From Octopus sinensis (lineage: Eukaryota): DNA of 64,000 nt. The position numbers and the translations under genes are program-made. How positions within the stretch are numbered: position 1 is the stretch's first letter; every line of letters starts with the position of its first letter. The DNA is taken from NCBI RefSeq assembly GCF_006345805.1, contig NC_043019.1, positions 14,879,360 through 14,943,359 on the forward strand, in the 5' to 3' direction. The notes beneath the pieces were generated by a model. It searched no databases. It was not told the DNA's origin and saw only the letters and a list, made by a program, of their open reading frames with translations. Below, one piece after another: positions 24,311 through 36,801 of the stretch.

Positions 24311-27179
24311 GAGGTTGAACCGAGGTTGTATATTATTGATTAGCGATGGGGATTCAGCCAGTTTCTTTTTAAACTAAATATCATTTAGGTCTGTGTCCCT
24401 TAAAACGTCGCAGCTAGTCTCCATCGCTCGTTTCTTTGCCGTTTCGTACACAGGTTCAACGACTATAATATATCTAAAAAGAGTAGAGAGTGTATAGCCA
24501 ATGACACAAATTACAATACATAACTGATATTTATTTTAATCGATTCTCACTAAAAGAAGAGAAGGATCAGAGGGGAACCAGCTGGTGCCCCACACATTTA
24601 GTTTTAAGCTATAATTCAAGTGGGTTTTTGTCACAGAAATTAGGTACCATATAAGTACTCAATTCCGGGTCGCTCTATATCTGGTGTTTCTCGAACGCCA
24701 TTTTGGTTGTGTTTTATTTTTCATCTAAACAATTAAAAAAATAAATAAATTCAACATTAAAAAGGGGGTGGCGGTGGTGGTGGATAACTAATAACAAAAC
24801 AGGATTTGATTAAATATTTGGGTTTTGATAATTTTGATTTTTTCCCTCGTTTTTTTTTTTTTTAAATGTGAAATTAAAAAGTTCAGTATTCGTATAAATA
24901 TTTTAATTAGTTCGTAGCTTCTTCGAAACTCGTTAAAAAAGTTATTTGCATCCATATTATCTTTTCACAAATTTTATTTGTATGTGTGTGGTGAGTGTAT
25001 ATGCATTTTATTATATTATATATGTATATATATACTCACTCACATACATTTTTATCATTGTTCTCAGATCCTCATTGGATCCACAAAATAGTCCTTCACA
25101 AAGGGAGTCACAAATGTTCGTTCCACTTTAGGATATTGAACGCATTTTCTTTCATATATAATTCTCAAAATAAGTCATACGTTGTTTCATATTTTATTCT
25201 TTGTCTCATATATATATATACACACGCTGGTATCGAACGTCGAGAGCTTGAACAATTGTGGATGCGTTTTTCCACATGAAACCATTGGTCGCCTTGTTAA
25301 TCCACAAATAGTGTGTGTATACGTTCATTATCGTCTTTTTTTCTTTGACATTCGTATGCGTCTTTTTTTTTATATATATTTGCTCATTTCTTTTCTTTAA
25401 AAAGAATTGCGTATACATACATACATACATACATATGTATCTAGAAGTCTGCTATTATTAATAATTACGGCATTTTTTTTATCACAAAAGGGAGTCAACT
25501 ATAACTCCGTTATAAACATCTTATTTGTATTGTATATTTTGTATTTCATTTTTTATGTGGTAACGTATGTCTTAAATTTGTTTCCTTTCATTTTAGCAAT
25601 CTGCCACCGCTTTTCACGCATACATTCTTATCTGTTTACATGATTATACGTAAGTACACAGAAATGCTATTACATGCGCAGACAAACAATAAATCTACAT
25701 ACATATATATATATTATATATACACTCCAGGCACATATATTTATATACACTCCATTAATTATCTTCAGTCCATCCAACGGCCTATATTCCTATATAAACA
25801 TTCATATATATAAATACATACATTCATACATACATAAATACAGACGTACACACACACAGAGAATCTCATTCTTTCTCTCGCTCTCACACACAAACACATA
25901 ACTGTACTTAGGTGTCAATGTATGTATTTCTATACATACATATATATACATATATATATATCTAGATATATATGCAGACATATGTGTGTCGGTAACTACT
26001 ATAATAAGGTAAAATATAACATGATAATTGTGGCGCTGTATGTCTGTGTTTCAAAGTAAGGCTCATGACAGTCTGTCAAAAGGTATTGTTGTCTTCATTG
26101 GGAGACATTTGGCGTTAAGAAATCAACAAGCTAAATCTCGAACCGCCGTCATGTTCACACACACTGTGACTGCTGTCGTCTGGCTTATCATAGCCACAAC
26201 TAAATATATATATATATATACATACATACATATACATAATATATATATAGGTGTATTTTACGAGGCTCTCAGTCTAGTGTATCGCCTTGGTTACTGTCTT
26301 CTGGTCATGCTGGTTGTTTTGCTGTTATGTTTCGTTAATATTTCTCGAGCCACGCTTTTTATTTTTACACCATTTTCAGTCATTACATTTAAGTATAAAT
26401 ACATTATAAATAGATTGTATACACACTCACATACGTATATATATATATATATATATATATGCATACGTACAAACACTTGGTCACATATACACAATTAAAA
26501 AAAAAAAACACTACAGTTCACATATTTATAAGTCTAACGGTGCGCGTATATATATATACACATATATATATTAACACATTTGTGTACACACATGCATACA
26601 TATGTAGGCATCTGTATGTATTTAAATATAAAAGTATAATTGCAAACAAACAGAAATAGACACATATGTACACGCATATACGCATGCGTACACACACGCA
26701 TACATGTGTGCCAGCGCGCGCCGCATATGTGAGTGCTGTGTTGCGTTCTAAGTCCCCTATTTTCTTCTTCACACGTTTTTCCAATGCCAAGAAAAATAAC
26801 TCAAAGGTAACGTTTCCAGGCACGACACTTGACGTACAACGACAAACCGTCTTCTGCCCAATTCCGTTTCACTTACATCACATTCAAAGCTTTTCTCTCG
26901 CCCTTGTCCCCCCCCCCTTGTCACTATACAAACTGTCAATCCGTTTCCGTCACATATACATACATACATATATGTATCTATTTCCAGTCACACAATCATA
27001 CAATGTTTATATATACATACACACACACACATCCTTGTTTTCTTTAAATTATTTAAATTTGGTATGCTTGCTTTTTGGTATATATATATATTTTTTAAAT
27101 TAATAAAAAAACCCGAGGCAACATTATTATTTAATAAATGTTGCAAAATAATAAAAGTAGTTATAAAACAAACGTTTCA

Positions 27180-28445
27180 TCAACGTGGTCTCGACCGTCG
27201 ATTGCTTTGACGGCGTCTCGACGTCCTCAGTCTCGCTTTGCCACATTGGCAACAAACAGTCACGTGATATTTGTCAAATATCCATTTTTCTTCGTAAGTG
27301 GTGTTTTGTCCGAACGTGGGGATTGGGTTACAGCGGAAGGGATCTCTTTTGAGAACTTTTATCGTATATCTTTTGGGAATACACCTGTAGAAATCGAAGA
27401 AGCAAGACTTCGATTTACACTTTCCAGTTTGTAAATATGGCGGAAAATATCCATCGTCCATTCGTTTCCAGTCGGTCTCCATTTCACACTGCCAATTGGC
27501 TGACATTTCAGCGGCACGACCGGTTCGTTTGTGACGCTGCAACTGTCGCCCTCGATGTTTCACTGAAATGGTTACTTTAATATAAGGACCAGTTTTTCTA
27601 GTTTGGTTTCGTTTGTTCGATCTGCCGACGTCTCTCTTGCCACGGACAAGACCCGATCTAAGATTGGGGGACTTTTTGCGGGCATCGGTTGGAAGTCTGC
27701 TTCTGTTTTTGCGAGGTTTCAATTTGTGATTGATCTGTGAATAAAAATGTCGCCGTTTAGACGTGAGATGTTCTCGTCTGCTTTTTCGACGAATTTTGCC
27801 GCCACCTAAATTTCTAATCCTTTGATTCCTGCGTCGGTGGCGACGACGCCCATTCTTGTTCGATCCATTTTTTCTCCTATTTTTCTTTCTACCATTATTA
27901 TTACGTTTAAAATTGCCATCGTCGTCTTCATCCTTAAACCCTTCATCATCATCATCATCACTATCATCGTCTTCATCATTATCATCAAATGTCTCATCAT
28001 CGTCGTCATGGTAATCACGATCATCATCATCATCATCTTCGTCTCCTAAATAACTGTCATCTTCATCGTATTCAGTTTCTTCATAGTCGTCGTCGTCGTC
28101 ATATTTTTGTCTACCAAATTCCGTATCACCATAGTTACGTCGTCTTCTGCTCATAGGTTGGTCACTTAAGTAGCCGTCATCTATCTCAGCATCATTCAAC
28201 TGTTCTTCTCGACGAGGGTTCGAAGTCGCCGCTTGGATGCTTCGCTTCACCGTTTGTTCATCCTCAGCCATTCGGCCCTTGTCGTAGGCCTCTCCCAGCT
28301 GGCTTCGGAGTTGGTCCCTTGACAGCGGACGACACGGAGCCGTATGGAACACTACGATCGTCTGGTTAGCTTTCTCCACGAGGATCGGTTTCGGATATGC
28401 TAAGATGGTTGGTATGAGAATTAGACAGAGTATCACTCTGAACAT
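27180..28445 (-). CDS. trk: Trunk/PTTH-family secreted cystine-knot growth factor precursor (trunk-like), 421 aa
   Basis: Open frame from ATG 28445 (MFRVILCLILIPTILA, signal-peptide-like), just inside a strong acceptor (tttgtctctttgcag, exon starts 28469). N-terminal motif CRPLSRDQLRSQLGEAYDKGRMA matches the trunk/noggin-type C..L...LG.AF/Y...M motif. C-terminal WQC..YFPPY..C-x4-C..YRCIPKRYTIKVLKR..C..WIF..VTVCCQC matches the Drosophila Trunk pattern as recalled (WEC..YFPRY..C-x4-C..CKPKSFTIKVLRR..C..WIW..VNFCCEC). Furin-type sites RRRR, RGKR, RHKR. The symbol denotes family membership; orthology is untested. Confidence 0.92.
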   Translation of the reverse strand: MFRVILCLILIPTILAYPKPILVEKANQTIVVFHTAPCRPLSRDQLRSQLGEAYDKGRMAEDEQTVKRSIQAATSNPRREEQLNDAEIDDGYLSDQPMSRRRRNYGDTEFGRQKYDDDDDYEETEYDEDDSYLGDEDDDDDDRDYHDDDDETFDDNDEDDDSDDDDDEGFKDEDDDGNFKRNNNGRKKNRRKNGSNKNGRRRHRRRNQRIRNLGGGKIRRKSRREHLTSKRRHFYSQINHKLKPRKNRSRLPTDARKKSPNLRSGLVRGKRDVGRSNKRNQTRKTGPYIKVTISVKHRGRQLQRHKRTGRAAEMSANWQCEMETDWKRMDDGYFPPYLQTGKCKSKSCFFDFYRCIPKRYTIKVLKRDPFRCNPIPTFGQNTTYEEKWIFDKYHVTVCCQCGKARLRTSRRRQSNRRSRPR

Positions 28446-28873
28446 CAGAGACTGTGTGAGATATCGTATCTGCAAAGAGACAAAAAAAATATATTAATAT
28501 ATTAATTAAAATATAATTTTAATAAAACTTTCGTTTAATTACAACAAAATTATTACAACAATTATTATTATTATTATTATTATTATTTTTTATGCCCCGG
28601 GCAAAAGGCTTACGAGTTCAAATTCCGCCGTGGTTGACTTTGCCTTTCATCCTTTCGGGGTCGATTAAATAAGTACCTGTTACGCACTGGGGTCGATATA
28701 ATCGACTTAATCCGTTTGTCTGTCTTCTCTCTGTTTAACCCCTTGTGGGTAGTAAAGAAATAGGTATTTCGTCAGCTGCTACGTTCTGAGCTTTACGTCC
28801 GCGGGATCGACTTGCCATTCATCTTCACGGAGTTGATAAACTGAAAGAAGCTCGTCGTGTGCGTATGTATGTG

Positions 28874-28904
<31 letters not shown>

Positions 28905-29114
28905 ATGTGTTAGTGTGTGTCTGTCTCTGTCACCCCCACCCAACCTCGCTTGACAACCGATGCTGGTGTGTTTACATCCTCGTAACTTAGCGGTTCGGCA
29001 AAAGAGACCGATAGAATAAGTATTAGGCTTACAAAGAATAAATCCTGGGGTCGATTTCCTCGACTAAAGGCGGTGCTCCATCATAGCCGCAGCCAAATGA
29101 CTGAAAAGAATAAA

Positions 29115-29151
<37 letters not shown>

Positions 29152-29739
29152 GCCTCTTTCAGTTTCCTTCAATCAAATCCACTCACAAGGCGTGTGTGTT
29201 GGCGCTGTGAACGACATTAGAAAGCACATGTTGATCTTAAATATATAACAAAGAAAAGTCCATAGTATGTTGTTGTTGTTATTATTATTATTATTATTCA
29301 GAAATGTGTTATTGCATATTTGGAGGAGGAGGAGTAAAAGGAAAGTGGGAGAAAAAAAAATATATATAAAAGGAATTCAACTAGTTTCACATTAAATAAT
29401 GATGATGATAATACTTTGAACATACTTGATCTGACTAGAGAACACAGTAACATACACACAATACAAATATATATATATATATAATATATATATATATATT
29501 CATTTAGTTATTTGTGGCTGGTGACGGCAAGAGCCACCGCGGTTGCTTGAGGTAAAAAGAAAATAAAAAAGATTCCATATTGTTGTTTATGTGGAATTTT
29601 TGAGGTCTTTTCTTCACATCGGCATAAAATCGTGGAAGAAGCGATAACCTGTTGAGGTGTTGTGAATCCGTTCACATGAACTAAGACTGCAATATGTTCA
29701 AGCACGACCGGATACACACACACACACACATCATTCATA

Positions 29740-29771
<32 letters not shown>

Positions 29772-29873
29772 TCCCGTTGCAGCCATTTAACTGCGGCTAC
29801 GCTGGATCGCCACCTTAAGGGGTTTTAGTCGAACAAATCGTTCCCAGAACATATTGTTTTTAAGCCCGTAGTA

Positions 29874-29938
<65 letters not shown>

Positions 29939-30585
29939 GATATATATATATATAATGTTTGTGTTTGTCTCCCCACCATCGCTTCACAACCAATGTTGGT
30001 GTGTTTATGTCATCGTCATTTAGCGGTTCGGCAAAAGAGACCAATAGAATAAATACTAGGCTTACAAAGAATAAGTCCTAGGGTCGAATTGTTCGATTAA
30101 AGGCGGTGCTCCAACATGGCCGCAGTCAAATGACTGAAGCAAGTAAAAGAATGTATACACACACTTATAATACATCACATGCATATCTTTTACCGTTTAC
30201 TTGTTTCAGTCATTGGACTGCAGCCATGCTGGAGCACCGCTTTGAACAGTGTAAGTAAAAGAAATCGAACCCACTCGTCACTTTTGAAGCCTGGTACTTA
30301 TCACAGCTTCCGTCTACAAAATTCACCCACAAAGCATTGATCAGCCCGGAGCTATGTAGTAGAAGACACCTGTTCAACGTGCCTCGCGGTCGGACTGAAC
30401 CCAAATCCACGAGGTTGCACAGCCATGACTGTGCCTGCCTGCTCACTATATATACTTTTCAAAGTGACATATATATATATATACATATATATATGGTACC
30501 TTGGGCAAGTGTCTTCTATTATAACCTCGGGCCAACTAACGCCTTGTGAGTGGATTTGGTAGACGGAAACTGAAAGAAGCTCGTC

Positions 30586-30636
<51 letters not shown>

Positions 30637-31339
30637 ATAGATATACATGTATATATGGGTACAGAACGTCACCAACAGTAACAATATGAAATACGAAAAC
30701 AAATGAGTTCAATGCGCAAACAACGAGAGAAACAAATGGAAAACAAGACAAGTAACACAAAGAACGACCCTTCATCAGTTGTCGGCTGTCTATCTACTCA
30801 TTTCGATCATTGAATAAAATTTGGGATTTATAGAGGGTCAAAGTTGGGAATAAAAACAGGACTGTGGAGACATACAACCTATCATATACATATCGTTTGT
30901 GTGTCCTTGTGTCTATGTTTGTCCCCCTCCCCCATCACTTTTTGACAACCGGTGTTGGTGTGTTTACATCCCCGTAACATAGCGGTTCAGCAAAAGACAC
31001 CGATAGAATAAGTAGTAGGTTTAAAAAGTAAGCCTTGAGGTCGATTTGTTCGACTAAAACTCTTCAAGGCGGTGCTCAAGCATGGCCGTAGTCTAATGGC
31101 TGAGGCAAGTACAAGAATAAAAGAATATATCCTAAACCGGAATTATACATTTGTATTAAACCCAATGAAACGAATTTCATGGATTTTACGTATCAGTGAA
31201 GTCCTGTTTAATTATTTATCTTAACCAATTGGAGTGACTGTGTGGTAATTAGCTTGCTTACCAACCATATGGTTCTGGGTTCCCAGTGTTCTAAATGATA
31301 ACGAAACTGGAAAAGACATTACATAATGCTATCCTAGAT

Positions 31340-31586
31340 CAGCGGTTCTCAAGCGGGGTCCAGACCACCTTGCGGGGTTCATATCACCTTTGGAGGTCCG
31401 TATAAGATTTTGTTGTTAAAGTTTAAGGGCAATAAATTTATCATTGTACTTTTATACAATTCCTAATTTATACTCAATTATAAAAATATAAAGGGGTTTC
31501 TTAAACATCGAATGGCTGTGTAAGTCCACCCAAGTAAAATTAGTATCAAAGGGATCCATAGGTAAAAAATGGTGTGAGAAACATTG
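31340..31586. mobile_element. hAT-type MITE
   Basis: Termini cagcggttctca...tgagaaacattg. Internal similarity, in inverted orientation, to 39817-40076. Confidence 0.65.
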
Positions 31587-33796
31587 TTTTAGGGCCTGAT
31601 TTAATAGTTGTGTCTGTGTGAAAATTGGTTCAAAGTCTTCTCAATCAGGACTGACCTAGGGCTAAATAGCAACGCCATCTACCGATCGAGGACCTCGGAA
31701 TGATTAAATGCCACAGCCCAATGGGAATTGAACACAAGAATGTGAAATGGCGTAACGTTACGAGGCACTTTATTCGGCGCTCTACCGAACCTCATTTAAA
31801 ATTCACATCAACTGAGACGACGAGAATCTCATTAAACAATTTTCAATGAAAGTTTTATTTCTGTTCTTTAAGCCATGAAGATCTTTTATTCATCAGGACT
31901 GACCAAGAAACCTATTTCAGCTGACCGGTTTCTTCGCCTTATTTTGCTTTGAGGACGACAACGAAGACGCGTGTGTGTGTGTGTGTGTGACGGAAAGAAA
32001 AGAACATCGAAAATAGAAAACGTTTTTTGTTTTGTTGTTGTTGTAGAACCATAAATATTTCAAGGACGGTGTGAGAGGCGGTGGTTGAAATTGTGGGTTA
32101 GTGGGGCGTATGACGAGTGAATAGCGAATACCTTACGTCTCACGTTGTGCCAACCCGTCTGCGTGCATGTCTGAGCGAGTGTGTTCCAAGCCCGCCAGGG
32201 GTGTGTGCGCGCGCGTGCCTGTTCGTCTGTGTCTGTGTGTCCCCGCCTGTTCGCCTGCGTGTTCAGTCTGCTCGTCACCTGCCCGTGTATTCCTGTCTGC
32301 ATATGCCTGTCTGCCTTTCCTCCCGTGTCTCTCCACCCAACTCGCTTGTGCGTAACCTGTCCCCCCCCCCGTTGTTTATGCGCCTCCAGCTTGTAGGTAG
32401 CTTCCCCCAACACACCACCGCTTGTATATACCTGTCTACCTGTTAATCGTTAATGCAGGCCCGTCTGCCTAAGCTCGTCTACCTGCCTATGCATGCCAGC
32501 CTGTTCACCCCACACCCCTGTGTGTCTCCACCTTTTCTCACCCTCAATACCTGTCCGCATATTTTCAGGTGCAAACTCGCCGAGGACAGCTCTCCTTTCT
32601 AAAATACCAGTTTAATACTGGGCAGTCATTTCAGAAGATTACATTACACATTTTTGTAACTTCTGGTTTTGCTACTAGGAATTTACGAAATTTTAGTTTT
32701 ACAAATCTCCTTAACGAGTTCAAATCCCAAAACGGTACTCTTTTAATTTTCATCCTCAACCCAACATTATACTGCTTAATCGTGTCGCTCGTCCTGCTAT
32801 AAATAGTAGCCACATTTTCTCAAATACACTATTGCTAAAAAAAAAAAAATGATAAATGAAATGACGGTATGATCATGGCAAAAACGCCTTTTATAATAGA
32901 TCTACTTCAAAAAGGTTGACCTAGGGTTAAAGAACTACTGCTGTAGCAACTAAGGATTCAGTCATTATTATTATTTAAAGGCGGCGATCTGGCAGAAACG
33001 TTAGCACGCCGGGCGAAATGCTTAGCGGCATTTCGTCTGCCGTTACGTTCTGAGTTCAAATTCCGCCGAGGTCGACTTTGCCTTTGATCCTTTCGGGGTC
33101 GATTAAATAAGTACCAGTTACGCACCGGGGTCGATATAATCGACTTAATCCGTTTGTCTGTCCTTGTTTGTCCCCTCTGTGTTTAGCCCCTTGTGGGTAG
33201 TAAAGAAATAGGTATTTCGCCCGTCACTACGTTCTAAGTTCAAATTCCGCCGAGGTCGACTTTGCCTCTCATCCTTTCGGGGTCGATAAAGTACCAGTGA
33301 AATACTGGGGTCGATATAATTGCCTAGTCCCCACCTCACAAATATGAGGCCTTGTTGCTCCAGTAGAAGGGATTGTTATTATTAAGGCGGTGAGCTGGCA
33401 AAGATCCTTAAAACGCTGGACGAAATGCTTAGCAGCATTTCGTCCGTCACTGCGTTCTGAGGTCAAATTCCGCCGAGGTCGGCTTTGCCATTCATTCTTT
33501 CGGGGGTCGATGAATTAAGTACCAGTGAAACACTGGGGTCGATGTGATTGCCCAGTCCCCTCCCAGGAGATTTCAGGCCCTGTGCCTTCAGTAGAAAGGA
33601 TTACTAATATTATTAGTAGTAGTAATATGGTGCCGCCACCACTTGTGCCGCTGCCATCCCCCCCCTCCACACCACGACCACCAAAATCATGACAACTACC
33701 AGCAGCAGCAGCAGCGCCGCCGCCGCCGCCGCAATTCCATTCCGCTAGAGTATTAAGTAACATTTAGCAAAATTGCATGGAAGTGAAGTGAAGCGA

Positions 33797-33828
33797 AATG
33801 ACGTCATTGAAAAGAATCAGTGACGTCA
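33797..33828. promoter_or_regulatory. Tandem perfect CRE (TGACGTCA) sites
   Basis: TGACGTCA at 33799-33806 (within palindrome AATGACGTCATT) and 33821-33828, 22 nt apart, in a TE-free GC-rich patch. Confidence 0.55.
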
Positions 33829-34212
33829 TACAAACTCAACGAAGCAAATCGCAGTCGACCGAGTGGAACGTGACCCGACCGACTTCATAACAGGCGACTG
33901 CGCACATGTAATACCATGCAATTAGTTAACGGGTCAGACAAGGAGACATGCTTCGTGGCTGCGTCTTACCTAACAAAGACAATAAAACGTCTGCGGCGTC
34001 GTTAGATGGGATTATGATGCTCTTTATTCTTTTATTAGTTTCGCTCATTTGACTGCAGTCATGCTGGAGCACCGCCTTTAGTCGAATGAATCGACTCCAG
34101 GACTCATTCTTTGTGAGCCTAGTACTTATTCTATCGGTCTCCTTTGCCGAACCGCTAGCTTACGGTGACGTAAACACAGACTTCGGTTTTCAAGTAATGG
34201 TGGGGGACAACA

Positions 34213-34252
<40 letters not shown>

Positions 34253-34446
34253 GTGAGAATTTACGAAAAAAACCCCAACAAAAGATGAAGATGGGTGCGT
34301 AAACAACAAACAGATGTATTAGTTTAACGTTCGGGAAGCAAGAAAGTCTTTAACGTTTCGAGCCTACGCTCTTCAACAGGAAGGAACAGAGAAATAAAGG
34401 GGAGAGAAAATAAAGAAAGGTTTAGTGGCTAGCGATTTATTATATA

Positions 34447-34549
<103 letters not shown>

Positions 34550-35684
34550 TGTATGTGTGTATGTGTGTGTGTGTGTATGTGTGTGTATGGTGTGTGTGGT
34601 GTGTGTGTGTATACGATGGCCTTCTTTCACTTTCCGTCTACCAAATTCACTCATAAGGCTTTGGTCGGACCGAGGCTATAGTAGAAGACTCTTGCCCAAA
34701 GTGCCTCGGAACCATGTGGTTGGGAAGCAAGCTTCTTACCACACAGTCACGCCCGCGCCTATATATATATATATATATCGTTGCTATTATGCAAAAGTGT
34801 CTTAAGCCCAAAAATGTTGCTTTTTCAGAAAACGAAAAAATAGTTTCACCATTTCATTTCTTTTTACATTAGCCACAGTTTCAGCTTAACAATAATACTT
34901 TGTTGGGTGCATAAAATCGTAACTCCATTGCATATATGATATTTTCAAGTTTGAAATATTTTTGCAAAACTGTCGAATATGAGATTTACTACACTTATGA
35001 AAATTGTCAAAGTGTAATACAACGGTTTATTATTAAACTTGGCATCTGAAGCTGCTGGAGATAGGATAGTTTGACCAAAAGAACCAGTTGTTGCAAACAA
35101 AAATAAATACTAAAAAAAACCGCATTTGGCCAAATTTGGACATACGACAGTTTAACATAAGAGCAATGGTAAATATATGCGCAGATATGGCTGTATGGTA
35201 AGAGGCTTGCTTCCCTTCAAATGGTTCCGCGTTCACTTCCACGTGTCACCACGGCCAAGTGTCTTTTACTATAGTCATAGGCTGAAAAATGCTTTTGGGT
35301 GGATTTGGCTGACGGAAACTGAAAGAAGCCCGTTATATATATATATATATGCACGTGTGTGTATGTATTTGTGTCCGTGTCCCCACTACCACTTGACAGC
35401 CGGTGTTGGTGTGCTTACATCCCTTTAACTTAGTGGTTCGGCAAAAGCAACGGTTAGAATAAGTACTAGGCTTACAAATAATGAGTCCTGGGGTTGATTT
35501 GTCCGACTAGAACTCTTTACGGCGGTGCTCCACTATGGACGCACTCAAATGACTGAAACTATATATATATATATATATATATAGGTTCCTCATTTAGTAA
35601 TGAAAAATTATTTCGACGGCTTCTAGTTGTATAATTTTGATTGTCATGCCTTTATATGTAAAGTAAAACAGTTTTATATAATCC

Positions 35685-35787
35685 AGACCTGAAGATTGGC
35701 AGTATAGTCGGATTTATATGGTATTGAATTTCCAGACATTCTATTTTAGCAATACCGACAGATATTGTCATGAAACGCGCGTAGTCT
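35685..35787 (+). ncRNA. Type I hammerhead ribozyme motif (Penelope-type minimal HHR)
   Basis: AGAC-CUGAAGA(35689-95)-long stem II (GGCAGUAU/AUAUUGUC, GUCGG/CCGAC)-GAAA(35772-75)-CGCGCG-UA-GUCU. Stem I 4 bp, palindromic stem III ACGCGCGU, GUA triplet. Confidence 0.7.
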
Positions 35788-35968
35788 ATATAATTTAATA
35801 TATATTCAGAATAGTAATTGTAGATATTAATTGAAAAAATTTAATCGTATATATCTCTATCATAGATAATGTCGTTCAATGTTGTTTGAGTTGCTTGAAG
35901 GTGGTTCTTTCTCTTAAACCTATTTATATATATATGTATATAATACAGCGAGAAATTCCTTTTAGTAC

Positions 35969-36008
<40 letters not shown>

Positions 36009-36402
36009 GATTCTGCTTAAGAATACCGTTACTAATAACCAGTTGTCAGAAGTCAATATACTTATACTTTAGAGTAAAGCGTCAGGGGAGTGCAAAGCGT
36101 AATATTATTTGATGAATGACAAAAGAACAGGAGTTACGTAATGACCCGCATTAACTTACAACTGTTTCTGCCGTAATAAGCAGTGCAATCAGAGCTACGT
36201 GCTCGTGCAACATCTTAAAGCTTCCTCAGATCCACAGGTTGACGCTTACTTTGAAGTTTTAGTTAGAGCCCTCAGTGGACTGTCGCCTGAAGACTACATG
36301 GCTGAACGTTAAGAGTAACTGTCAACAGTTCCCTAGTAAACAAAGGGAAAATGTTAATCTACTCAAACGTATTAAGTGATGTATATTTGTGTGTGTGTGT
36401 GT

Positions 36403-36451
<49 letters not shown>

Positions 36452-36766
36452 TGTGTGTAGCATTAATGTATCGCTGTCTCCAATATAAACATAATGGCTC
36501 CGAGGAGCTTTGGGTAGCAGAAACAGCTGTGAATTAATGAAAGTAATTACGCCTTTCCTGATTTCTTGTCAGTTCTTATATATATCTTTGTTTCAGTTCA
36601 GCATGACTGCGGCCATGCTGGAGCACCGCCTTTAGTTGAACAAATCGACCCCCAAGACATTCATTGTAAGCCTAGTACTTATTCCATCACAATTTTTTGC
36701 TGAACCGCTAAGTTACGGGGACATAAGCACACCAACATCAGTCGTCACAGACACAGATACACAAAC

Positions 36767-36801
<35 letters not shown>

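Noticed and set aside
27180-28445. Calling the main gene noggin
   Set aside because: It shares the N-terminal L..LG..YD..M motif, but the Cys spacing and the PKRYTIKVLKR and CCxC motifs match Trunk/PTTH rather than Noggin.
30740-30830. CTGATGA and GAAA motifs on the minus strand (also CTGATGA near 31890)
   Set aside because: No stem II or stem III can be formed in the required order. At best heavily decayed Penelope-like remnants.
33515-33763. 82-aa Gly/Ala-rich ORF with a hydrophobic stretch
   Set aside because: Non-ATG start, built from CCG/CAG/TAA repeats, and its C-terminal third is SINE sequence.
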